Source: Octopus bimaculoides
Lineage: Eukaryota
Assembly (NCBI RefSeq): GCF_001194135.2
Contig: NC_068990.1
Location: 80,072,303 to 80,121,639 of the forward strand
Length of the DNA stretch: 49,337 bases
Direction: 5' to 3'
The position numbers were made by a program, and so were the translations under genes. The notes under the pieces were generated by a model. That model was not told the origin of the DNA and searched no databases. It worked only from the letters and a program-made list of their open reading frames with translations. Shown here in pieces: positions 12,129 through 23,768 of this stretch. Within the stretch, counting starts at the first letter, position 1, and every line of letters starts with the position of its first letter.

Positions 12129-12477
12129 GTATTTCGTCTGCCGCTACGTTCTGAGTTCAAATTCCACCGAGGTCGACTTTGCGCCTTTCATCCTTTCGGG
12201 ATCTAGAAATTAAGTACCAATTGTAATCCCTTTGTCTGTCCTTGTTTGTCCCCTCTATGTTTAGGGCACAAAGAAATAAGGAACGTTTAGCATGCCGGGC
12301 GAAATGTTTAGCGGTATTACGTCTATTTTTACATTCTGAGTTCAAATTCAACCGAGGTTGACTTTCATCCTTTCGGGTTCCATAAATTAAGTATCAGTTG
12401 CGTACTGGTGTCGATCTTATCGACTGGTCTCCTCCCCAAACATTTCGGGCCTTGTGGCTAGTGTAGAAAAGAATATT
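12129..12477 (+). mobile_element. dimeric tRNA-derived SINE family A (5'-truncated)
   Basis: Two tandem bodies (gttctgagttcaaattc..ccgagg..gacttt..tcatcctttcgg) joined by the same linker as at 37845-38267. Confidence 0.9.
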
Positions 12478-12482
12478 CACAG

Positions 12483-13050
12483 GACATAAGACCTGTGTCC
12501 ATCACGTTGAGCCAGAATCCAAAAGGCAGAGAATGGAACGGAAATACCTGGGATTCCCAGCGAAAAAGAAATTGAAGACTTAACCTTCCGCAGAAACAGT
12601 GATGCTTACCAATCTGTACGAAGCAAAACGGACTGTACTTGTAAAAGTAGTCTACAATCATCAGAGTAGGTTACAGTGAAAATGTTAACCAACTAGAGCC
12701 AGCAATTCGCGCCAAACGCCAAGATCTGTTGTGAAAGTAAGTATATTTGTTCCACGGCAATGCACGCCTACATAGAGCCACTCAAACCGTTGAAACCATT
12801 GAAAGATTTGGTTTCGTGTTGCTGTGACACCTTCATACAGTTCCGGTCTCGCTCCTGTAAGACGCCCTGTATGAATGGCTGCACGAACAGCCAAAAATAC
12901 CTCCTTCTCTCATGGAATAATTAAGCTTATGGACTGCTGGAAGAAGTGCATCGAAAAGCAAGGTGACTAAGTCGAAAACCGATGTTATTGTTGAATCCCA
13001 GCATTTGCTTTAATGAATTACAGAAAGAGGTATGCGTATAATTTTTGACA
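12483..13050 (+). mobile_element. mariner (DD34D) transposase relic
   Basis: Translates to (W)VHHVEPESKRQRME..LGFPAKKKLKT*PSAETVMLT...LEPAIRAKRQDLL...FHGNARLH..TQTVETIERFG...YSSGLAP...WKKCIEKQGD*VE, with stops, frameshifts and an internal deletion. Confidence 0.9.
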
Positions 13051-13827
13051 TAATCTCATATATGTGTATATTTGTGTGTGTGCCTGCGCATATATATATA
13101 TATAAATGTAAACAAACTAATATTTTTTTATTAGAAGCGTCGAAATGCCCCATGACTGGTTATTGGCTAATTCTTCCTCCTTGCATGGGTAATTTACTCA
13201 GTATTTCCGATGTTCTAACAACAACTCTGCGTTCGGAAAAAATATCATATTATTTGTATCATATATGGTTTGTGGGGCGGATGTTTGTGTGTGCGTGTGT
13301 GAGTTTAACAACATTTCCATATTTCCAAGCCGTTGTTTTAAATCAGCCTGGTATAAAAAATTCGAAAACTATACTAAAACAGTGTATAAAAATTCTACAA
13401 AATTATTTATGCGTCCAAGAGGCATGGAAGCAAACTTAGAGAATTCAATATCGACTTCTGGTATCGTATTATACTTTACAGGCTATAGAATCTAAGGTCA
13501 TGACATGCAGAAGAACGTATCAAATATCACGGCTTACGGGGTCAGCGATACGTATAGCACATTAATACAGTCATTGACTTAGTAGCCGATTCATATGATG
13601 TCAAGTACTCATGCATAATCATTTTGTCAGTTTCTATCAGAGGATGAGCAAAATCACAATATTGATCATGCATCAATCTCTGTTACTCTCTCTTATTCTC
13701 TCTCTATCTCTCTAGATGTAGCGTTCTTTCAGCTTTTTCTGAACTGTCTCTCTTTATGTACATTTGTTCCCAATGTTTTACCATTTACTCAGCACCCTAA
13801 TTTCAACACGCATATATTCACCACCCT

Positions 13828-13835
13828 ACACACAC

Positions 13836-13867
<32 letters not shown>

Positions 13868-13930
13868 ACACACACGCACACACACACACGCACACGCACA
13901 CACACACACAATACGCGCACGCGCGCACAC
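13828..13930. repeat. (CA)/(CG) compound microsatellite
   Basis: Direct reading. Confidence 0.95.
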
Positions 13931-13932
13931 AT

Positions 13933-14360
13933 TCTTCTATTCTTTTATCCTTTAACTTGTTTCAGTCATTTGACTGCGGCCATGCTGGAGCACCGCCTTT
14001 AGTCGAACAGGTCGACCCCAGGATTTATTCTTTGTAAGCCTAGTATTTATTCTATCGGTTTCATTTGCCAAACAGCTATGTTACGGGGATGTAAACACCA
14101 AGGTCAGTTGTCAAGTGATGGCGGGGAACAAACACAGGTATACAAATACACACACACATACACGCACACACATACACACACACACGCGCATATATATATA
14201 CGACGGGCTTCTTTCAGTTTCCGTCTACCAACTCCACTCACAAGGCTTTGGTCAGCCCCACGCTATAGTAGAAGGCACTTGCTCAAGGCGCCACGCAGCG
14301 GGACTGAACCAAGAATGATGTGGTTTGGAAGCAAGCTTCTTACCACACTGTCACTCCTGT
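13933..14360 (-). mobile_element. full-length SINE family B with internal microsatellite
   Basis: tRNA-like head at about 14200-14360, (CA/TA) tract at about 14145-14200, tail cttgtttcagtcatttgactgcggccatgctggagcaccgcc at about 13955-14000. Confidence 0.9.
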
Positions 14361-14416
14361 TTGTTTTTATGTTAGTTGTAATAAAAACAATTTTACATTA
14401 ATTTCATGTGTTAGAC

Positions 14417-15697
14417 CAGCAGTTCCCAAACCGTGCACCGCAGCGCACTGGTGCGCCGCAAGATGTAATTATGTGGGACTCGAAAAAGGAAAATTATACA
14501 AACCGAAATTCACTAGAAAGTTCATAGGTAAATGTCAAAATGGCAAAAAAATAAATACTAAATGTTTGTGTCATTCAATTGATTTAGGCTAATTATGGTA
14601 TGACACTGTTATTCGATTATGAATCTGAAATTTCATAAGGATAAGAACTAAATTACCATCAATCTATCCTCGAAATTGACGTCTTATTTACATATTCATT
14701 GCACGGCTATGTTTCAGTTTATTTCGGTCGTTGCCTCTGCAATTTTCATTTCAATAATAAATGTGAAAAATAAACTTTTGAACTAAAATATACGATGTTG
14801 AACTAAATATTTAAATACGTCCGCACGTTTTGCAGCGATTATATTTCAATTTTTTCCCTTCATATAGTAGCGAGAACTTTCATCTTGTCAATTAATTTTG
14901 AAAGACTTCTCAAAAGAGTCCGATAAGATGTGACACGCTGCCATTTTTCACAGCTCACTGGCCACTCGTCTCAATCTCAGTTTGACTCTGTTAGTAATCT
15001 GTGTTCTTTGTGTGAGACAATTCATATTAACAGAGGCATGCTGCTCAGCATGTTGAAAAGACATTTTACAACTAAACGCTCACATCCTCAATGTAAAGAT
15101 CTGAATTCTTTCGAAAGTCTGCTAGAACAGCAATCTAAACGAAGAAACTATTTTGAAAAAAGGATGAACGCTTCTGAAAAGGCTCAAGTCGCGTCTATTC
15201 AAATAACCGAAATAATTGCACTACAAACGACGTAATCGAATACTTTAGCCGAGTCGATTATCTTATCCGCTGGTAGAAAGATGGTTAAAGCCATCTTAGG
15301 CGATGAAGCCGAGCAAGAAATAAGCAAGATTCCGCATTCAAATAATACAAACCATTGGAGAAGAGGAAAATGTACAGAACAAACTTCAGAACTCAGAATT
15401 TGCTCTACAGGTTGTCGAATAAACTGACATTAGCAACAAAGCACAATTACTTACATTTATTCGCTTTATTGATGGTAACCAAATCATAAATCAGTTATTT
15501 TGATGCGAATAAATGCCACTCACTACAAGAGGTCAAGATATTTTTGATAATTTATCTGCCTACTTCGAAAAATAGAATTTATTCCGGAATTCATGTGTTG
15601 GAATATGTACCGATGGGGCACCATCTATGAAAGCTCTATTAAAGGTTTTGTATCGCTCGCACAACAGCAAAATCCAATTCATCATCATCATCATCAA

Positions 15698-15775
<78 letters not shown>

Positions 15776-16130
15776 ATTTGAAAAAGCAACCAAAATCAAA
15801 TAACAAATGGCGATATGTATTTAGCAGAAAAAAACCAACACTTAAAAGTCTGGGATAGCTATCTGTGAGAAACGTTTTCAGATTTTTGGACAACAATTCA
15901 ATTTTCAACACGGACAAACTTTCAAATTAGACTGATTTTAACAGTGCTTCCTGTAATCCAGTTTACATTACAATATGTACAGTATCTGAAGAAAATTATA
16001 CAAGATAGTCTGTAATGAAATTCATAAAAATAAAGACACCACATTGAGAAGGAATTGGATTTCAATGCAAAAGAATACATGCTTTCGCCAATAAATCTAT
16101 ACATGTGTTGTTAGTCATCAAGAAGATTAA
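14417..16130 (+). mobile_element. hAT (Buster/Charlie, ZBED5/ZBED8-like) transposon relic; right end not found
   Basis: Left TIR CAGCAGTTCCCAAAC preceded by TGTTAGAC (nnnTAnnn Buster-type target). Transposase pieces: LKRHFTTK, SEKAQVAS, KMVKAILGDEAEQEISKIPHSNNT, TDISNKAQLLTFIRF, SCVGICTDGAPSM. The right boundary is approximate. Confidence 0.9.
15679..15775. repeat. (ATC)n microsatellite inside the hAT transposase
   Basis: About 32 units with one AAC interruption. Confidence 0.95.
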
Positions 16131-17718
16131 AAGTTTTTCCATTATGTCATTTAAAAATATTAAATATTATATTTATTACCTTATATGACACTATTAACAA
16201 CATTGTTCTATCATCTCCCCTGATACTGGCAGCAACATATTATGGAATTATACGAAGATCATTAATGCGAAATGGGTTGTATATGAACTGTCCGTTTTTC
16301 TCGGAACATTATCTACAAGACTTCTATTTTCTCCTTTGTTCTTAATATAATTTGACTATAAAATTCTAGATTATTCCATTNNNNNNNNNNNNNNNNNNNN
16401 NNNNNNNNNNNNNNNNNNNNNNNNNNNNNNNNNNNNNNNNNNNNNNNNNNNNNNNNNNNNNNNNNNNNNNNNNNNNNNNNTATATATATTACACATAAAC
16501 ACACGCGCTCACATGTATCTGTATATTTGTATGCTTTTATATGTGTATGACCTGTGTGTTCGTACGTGTGTGTGTATTTGTGTTTAAATGTACATACTAG
16601 TATCAAACCATATAGCTATTGTTTGAAATATAATGACATGCATATGTAAACCATTTTGTGATGTTTGTTTAAACACACACACACACATACATGTATATTG
16701 ATGATTTTTGACTTATGAAAACAACGTCATCAGTATCATCCTCTGCATAAATCTGTCATCGATGTTGTTATGTCTCAAGCTACTGCTATCTAGCACCTTC
16801 GGATGATCTCTACNNNNNNNNNNNNNNNNNNNNNNNNNNNNNNNNNNNNNNNNNNNNNNNNNNNNNNNNNNNNNNNNNNNNNNNNNNNNNNNNNNNNNNN
16901 NNNNNNNNNNNNNNNNNNNNNNNNNNNNNNNNNNNNNNNNNNNNNNNNNNNNNNNNNNNNNNNNNNNNNNNNNNNNNNNNNNNNNNNNNNNNNNNNNNNN
17001 NNNNNNNNNNNNNNNNNNNNNNNNNNNNNNNNNNNNNNNNNNNNNNNNNNNNNNNNNNNNNNNNNNNNNNNNNNNNNNNNNNNNNNNNNNNNNNNNNNNN
17101 NNNNNNNNNNNNNNNNNNNNNNNNNNNNNNNNNNNNNNNNNNNNNNNNNNNNNNNNNNNNNNNNNNNNNNNNNNNNNNNNNNNNNNNNNNNNNNNNNNNN
17201 NNNNNNNNNNNNNNNNNNNNNNNNNNNNNNNNNNNNNNNNNNNNNNNNNNNNNNNNNNNNNNNNNNNNNNNNNNNNNNNNNNNNNNNNNNNNNNNNNNNN
17301 NNNNNNNNNNNNNNNNNNNNNNNNNNNNNNNNNNNNNNNNNNNNNNNNNNNNNNNNNNNNNNNNNNNNNNNNNNNNNNNNNNNNNNNNNNNNNNNNNNNN
17401 NNNNNNNNNNNNNNNNNNNNNNNNNNNNNNNNNNNNNNNNNNNNNNNNNNNNNNNNNNNNNNNNNNNNNNNNNNNNNNNNNNNNNNNNNNNNNNNNNNNN
17501 NNNNNNNNNNNNNNNNNNNNNNNNNNNNNNNNNNNNNNNNNNNNNNNNNNNNNNNNNNNNNNNNNNNNNNNNNNNNNNNNNNNNNNNNNNNNNNNNNNNN
17601 NNNNNNNNNNNNNNNNNNNNNNNNNNNNNNNNNNNNNNNNNNNNNNNNNNNNNNNNNNNNNNNNNNNNNNNNNNNNNNNNNNNNNNNNNNNNNNNNNNNN
17701 NNNNNNNNNNNNNNNNNN

Positions 17719-17989
17719 ACCACCACCACCACCACCACCAGCACCAGCACCAGCACCACCACCAGCACCAGCACCAGCACCACCACCTCCATTACCAACG
17801 ACAACCACTGGCACTGAGACCATGACTACCGCCACGACTATTACCGGCCTCGTCAGCGTCATCATCACCATCATCATCAACGGCAGCAGCAACAACGGCA
17901 GTTGTCAACAAGTTTCATTTGCGCCACCACCTCTTACAATCGCAACTACCACCAACAGCGCTACCGCTGCAGCTATTTTCTATTGGTAA
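17719..17989. repeat. GC-rich ACC/AGC low-complexity tract
   Basis: Direct reading, immediately right of the 905-N gap. Confidence 0.85.
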
Positions 17990-19625
17990 ATACTGTTTGA
18001 TGAAAACAGTTATTACTCCTATATTCACCTCACCTCCACCCCTTACAACTTTATAAGATATTGATATACATTCTTGATCAATATTCTTTCGAAAATAAAA
18101 ACACAAAAATAAAAAAAATATAGGCAAAATAATAACGTAGAAATCAAAATTTGAATATGAGGCGTCGATAGTATGAATAATGCATTGAAGAGTCAATGCT
18201 ATCATTTTACATACACACTCAGTTATAGACTCATTTTTATACTCACACACACACACACACATATATTTACGTGAAATACATATATTTTTGGTATATAGAA
18301 GCATAATTCAAACACTCATTAAGGGATAATCTATGCACATCCATATAAACACACACTCCCATACATCACACAACACATGCTCTAAACAAAATCGTTCACA
18401 TACCAACACTTATGAACATAATGCATAATACGTGCTGGAGTAAATTACTGATACATAGTGACACAAATTAACTCCTTTCTATAGTTAGCTTATTACACTC
18501 ATAAATATAACACGCGTATGTACTCACTCATAGACACACACCTGCATAAGTGCATGCACACACACGTATATATATGCATATATATATAAATATANNNNNN
18601 NNNNNNNNNNNNNNNNNNNNNNNNNNNNNNNNNNNNNNNNNNNNNNNNNNNNNNNNNNNNNNNNNNNNNNNNNNNNNNNNNNNNNNNNNNNNNNNNNNNN
18701 NNNNNNNNNNNNNNNNNNNNNNNNNNNNNNNNNNNNNNNNNNNNNNNNNNNNNNNNNNNNNNNNNNNNNNNNNNNNNNNNNNNNNNNNNNNNNNNNNNNN
18801 NNNNNNNNNNNNNNNNNNNNNNNNNNNNNTATATATATATATATATACAGATATAAACATGCACACACCATACACACACACATATGTACATAAATATATG
18901 TATGCATACATACATACTTGTATTCACTCATATTTCCAGGCAAGAACTCCTACACAAAAAGTATTGACACATCATCAAGCGCATAGAAATATGCATTAGA
19001 TTTTGCACATGCGCAAAGTGGATAATATATTAAATATCTGAAACCTTTATACAAGGTTTCTTATCCATATATTTACTCAAACACTGAGTTACAAACCGCT
19101 TCAATAAGCAGTGAAGCACTCACACTTATAAATGCACATCGTCAACTAAGACTTGGAAAGAAAAAAATGCCGGTTAAGAGAACAGATATAGAAAAACACA
19201 AAAAATGAAGGCAAATGTGATAACGTTATCTATAAGAGCAAGGGAGTGTGAAGTAGATATGGCGAGTGTAATAGAAAACAAGCGAGAAACAAAGAAACAA
19301 CTTATTTTAAATAGCTTCAGTTGTAGCACACAACAGAACCAATAACAGCAGCAAGATCCACAACAGTATTTAGAAAATTGGAAAGATATGAACGTTCGCT
19401 ATAAGACTGCGAGGTGACAGAATCCTTAGCGTGCCGGGGAAAATGCGGCATTGTAATATATATATTTAAAATGGTTACAGATCTACAATTTACTTATTTT
19501 ATCTACATTGTAAATATGAAAGGTAAAATTTAGAAAAGCAAGATGAAAGAAGTCCTATTATGTCTGTATAATAATCATTTTTTCTCACCGCAAAATATCA
19601 TTAAAAATAACAAGTGCAGATTTAC

Positions 19626-19748
19626 ATGTTTCCCTGTTCCTCTTTTGTTGTTCCCGGTAAAATCTACGGTTACAATCACTGGACCATCCTCTGTTTCTTC
19701 CTTTAAATGAATTACTCTGTACTCTTGTATTACTCGAGTTACTTTAGC
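19626..19748 (-). CDS. candidate internal exon AKVTRVIQEYRVIHLKEETEDGPVIVTVDFTGNNKRGTGKH (unidentified)
   Basis: aatag| acceptor, CAT|GTAAAT donor, 123 nt phase 0-0, open frame with protein-like composition. The pyrimidine tract is weak and no family was recognised. Confidence 0.3.
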
Positions 19749-19842
19749 CTATTGCATATAATTACTATATGCTGTCATGGACCTCCCTGATAACGAGTGG
19801 ACTGAATTTATATTATTATATAGCTATATTATATAGCACATA

Positions 19843-20070
19843 CACTGGCCAAAATAAGTTTCAGACCGATGATGACAGTTCTATTCCTCAATAAATTATT
19901 TTTAACAAAACTGTACAGACTTATTTTACTTTTTACAATTTATGTAGAATTTTTTTTGTTCTTTCGAATGATATAGGTGTTATATATCTTTCTACAATTT
20001 GAATAGTTTTAATATGCAATTAAATCAAATTATTAAAAAATATCGGCACAATAAGTTTATGAACGGACCA
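19843..20070 (+). mobile_element. possible Tc1-like end with IR/DR structure
   Basis: TA|CACTGGCCAAAATAAGTTT, with an inner repeat GGCACAATAAGTTT about 200 nt further on. No transposase confirmed. Confidence 0.35.
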
Positions 20071-21284
20071 ATATTATTTTGCTTAAACTGAAAATTTACG
20101 GCACAAATGATCAACGAACAAAAAATTATTATTAGTATCTAGTTCCGTAGCCATTATTTTCAATTACGATGTTACAACAGCGGGACACGCAGCTCGACAA
20201 ACGAGCACAAAAATCACTTGGAATGTTTTGCCATATTTCACCACTGGTAATATTATGCTTCAAGAGTGATGGTTGTACGGTGATTATTTTGTAGTTCATT
20301 TAACCACATTGCTGTTTATTGTGCTGTTTATTTACATTACAAATTTCACGCCAAACTGATTCCATATTATTCTAGGGCGGCGATTTTTCAATCTTGAGCA
20401 TTCATGTCATTATATATTGCTTGTAGCTTTAATGAAAACATACAGGTTCTAACCATACATTATAACCAAACATTGTTGTATTATTTTAGGATGATAAGCT
20501 TTTGAGTTATCGCTTGTAGTCAGTGTTTAAAGACAATTAGCTTGCAAGTGGTTGTCTCTTGTGTGCAGTTTCACTAGACAACATTCTCTTACATAAGCCT
20601 CTCGTGGATTCACCGTAGAAGCCCGTCCAATCAAACGTTCAGTGTTATCACATACTGTGTTGAGCTCACAGTTCATACAGATTAAGTGAAGCACACACGT
20701 GTCTTAGGAATACTTAGTCAATTACATGCTAATTCACTGAGTAGTTGTTAGAGATCTATCAATTGCACACTTATCAGGGAAAGCGATAGTGGTTCATTAA
20801 ATATATATATATATCTGTATGCGTATATATGTATATTAGAATGCATATATTTGTGTGCGCATGCATATGTGTAACAAAACAACGTGAAAATGCATTGTAA
20901 GTTTACTTTCAAATAGCGCTGAATAGGAAACCTAACAGAACAAACCATCGAAGCAAGTCAGACTAATGAAGTTATCACAGGGAGAATACTCTATTCTGAC
21001 TCTCATTTGATTGAAATCAGTTGCTTACTTTTGTGATGTTCCTATCTCTTAAAAAGGTGACAAGTATTGCTGGTTTCAAAGTTAAACAATGGAAAGTATA
21101 AAATTCAATTTGGACAAAATATTACGTTACAAACATAATTGTATTAGGAAAATTACATAACACACTATAGGCACACGAATTAATTGTATATGAGAGTTAA
21201 ATTTTATACTTGCTCTAAAGCAATATTTGGGTTGTAGTCTATACAGAGAACTTAATTATTTATGTCATTTATTTTTAATTTACT

Positions 21285-21385
21285 GAGGCGGTGATCTGCC
21301 AAAGTCGTTTGTTCATCGAAGAGATTATCATGCAGTATTTGTTTCAACTCTATTCGCTCTGAGTTCGAATACCACTGAAATGAAT
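21285..21385 (+). mobile_element. degenerate SINE family A head
   Basis: gaggcggtgatctgccaaagtcgtt...ctctgagttcgaatacc resembles aaggcggcgagctggcagaatcgtt...ctgagttcaaattcc. Confidence 0.55.
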
Positions 21386-23639
21386 TTTTCTTTTAAGGGT
21401 CTATGAAACAGTATCATTCTGGGTTTGAAACTGCATGAAAATTGGGCTGAACTGCTTTGGAGTTTTACGTCTTCAGTTGAAATTCGGCATTTACATACTT
21501 GGGTGGTAAACTTAATCCGTCATTCGGTTTAAAACATTGTCACTTACCTCTTCATAGGCGTTTAGCGGACTCGAAGCATTCGTAAGAGGGCACCGTTTTT
21601 CTTTTTTGATACTTTCACCCTCCAACCAGTTTTGGAGGCCATGAAAGGGTCATGGTTACTGTCTTCATCATTACAAAATTCAAAACTGCTATATTCTAAA
21701 AGTAACTCATTGTATGGTATTTTCCTCATCTAAAAGTAGCTATTTTACTATCAACTTCTCAAGAACGCAACTCCAAATCAGTGGAAGCAATGTTTGTAAA
21801 AGAATAAAGAAAAAGAAAACAATGAAAATAGATGTTCCGAAATAAAACGAATAGTCGGTGTATCTGTCATATCTGCCAAAAAATGTCATTAATATACTAG
21901 AGAAAGTGAGATGAATTGCCGAGCCTGAACCGTGCGGTATATGGTTATGTTCGTTTACGTTCAGTGGCAGATCTTCTTTAAAAGTTACTAGTGACGTTCT
22001 AAAATCTATAGATATAACAATGTAAATAAATCTCTATACGTTTCGATCATGTTCAATGTGTTCGATATGGAAAGGCCTTCTCATTGAATCAGAATGTATG
22101 TAGTTGAGAATTTTAGAGACAAATCTACCGTCTCCTGGAACGATAGGATTTGGAAAGCGAACATTTTTACCATTTAGTTATACTTGAATCGAATATATAT
22201 GACTCAAATATTTGGCTTTTTGCCAATATTTGAAACCATTCATATATTCATGTTTAATTATTTTTTGTACTGATAAAGAAATCACTTTTGCCTTATATAT
22301 AATTCAAGTAATTTAGCTTTCTAAGTTCAAGCTATTTCGATATCTTCATTACTTAATTTTATATTTCAAGAGCCTGAATATAATATAGGAATTTTAAATA
22401 GGCATTAGAGATGCACTTGAAAGGAAAGCTCATGGGTAGTTAAAAAGGCGGAAGTTACTCAACCCCAATGGACAAACAAATCAGCAAAATATATTAAGTA
22501 TTTACATCTGCTCAATGAATCTTCCTGTTGTGTTGTTTTTGTTGCTTGTTGATAATATCCAAAAATTGAAAATATTGAATCAATCCATATCTAGCATCCG
22601 ATAAACAATGTTATGCAATCATTCGTAGTAAATTCACAGACATATTCTTATCATAGGGAAGCAGTAAAGAAATTTGAAGAAATGACTATTTTTGTAGAGA
22701 TGTATTGATATTATATGCAAGGTTACAGCTTTGTAAATTATTAATACACTTGTGGTTGTTATGTTATATAAGAAATCATACATTTCTTCTACTTTTAAGT
22801 GAAATAAAGACGTTAAAATATACTAAGAAGGCCGTCAACAACGGAATATGGATGTGTTCATATACAGCATTAAAAACATTTAAATTTAAGCGTTCCTGAC
22901 TCTCTTAGGATTTAGCATTCTTAAGAACCACATTTACACCTTTTAGCTAAACAGCAAAAAATCGTGAAGGAACATAATTGGATTATAGCCGTTTATCCGA
23001 CTAAGTGATAATTCTTCGATGTGAACCATTAAAGATGAATAGCTGTGAGGAAATCAACGAATATTTGCAAATCCTTTAGGACAGTAGTATACTTCGTAAG
23101 TAAAAGTGTGTGTGATGAACGTATTACGCCACTAGATATCTGCCAAATCGATATGCATATTTAAGCGTGGAAATTATACAAGTAAAGCCAGCGATAAAGA
23201 CCTTTCATGTTAATTTCAACGCTTCTGTAACTTCAACTGACATACTGAATGTTAATATTTCAATAAATTTAATTTTACCGTGTGAATAATTATGTTCCCT
23301 CATCCATTGCCCATATGAAGAATAAAAATTTATTATCATTATTATTATCATTATCATTGTGATTATTATTATTGATGTTGTTGCTGTTGTTTTAGCTTTT
23401 ATTGTTCCTCGTCTTGCACATCGCTTCCGTAAGTTTGTTGTTAGTAATATTGTTATACAAAGTTATATAGAGGACCTAACCGAGCTGATTAGTTTTGTCC
23501 CATCTGTAGCCCTTAAAGGCTAAATTGGAGCTGGTTTAGTAAACATGTCCCTTAATTTCTGTTTAAAAAAGAAAGATGGCGGACGAGGATTGAACAACCA
23601 ATTATCTGCAGAACAGAATAGCCGAATTGTAAAAGTCAG

Positions 23640-23768
23640 TAACAGCAGTAGCAATAACAACATCACCAACAATAGCAGCAACAGCAGTAGTAGTAGTAGC
23701 AGCAGCAACAGCAGTAGCATTAGTAGTAGCAGCAGCAGCAGTAGCAATAACATCAACAACAACAACAC
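23640..23768. repeat. (AGC/AGT/AAC)n low-complexity tract
   Basis: Direct reading. Confidence 0.9.

Noticed and set aside
22040-22110. HVQCVRYGKAFSLNQN, resembling a C2H2 zinc finger
   Set aside because: Second Cys and both His are missing, it is followed by a stop, and there are no neighbouring fingers.
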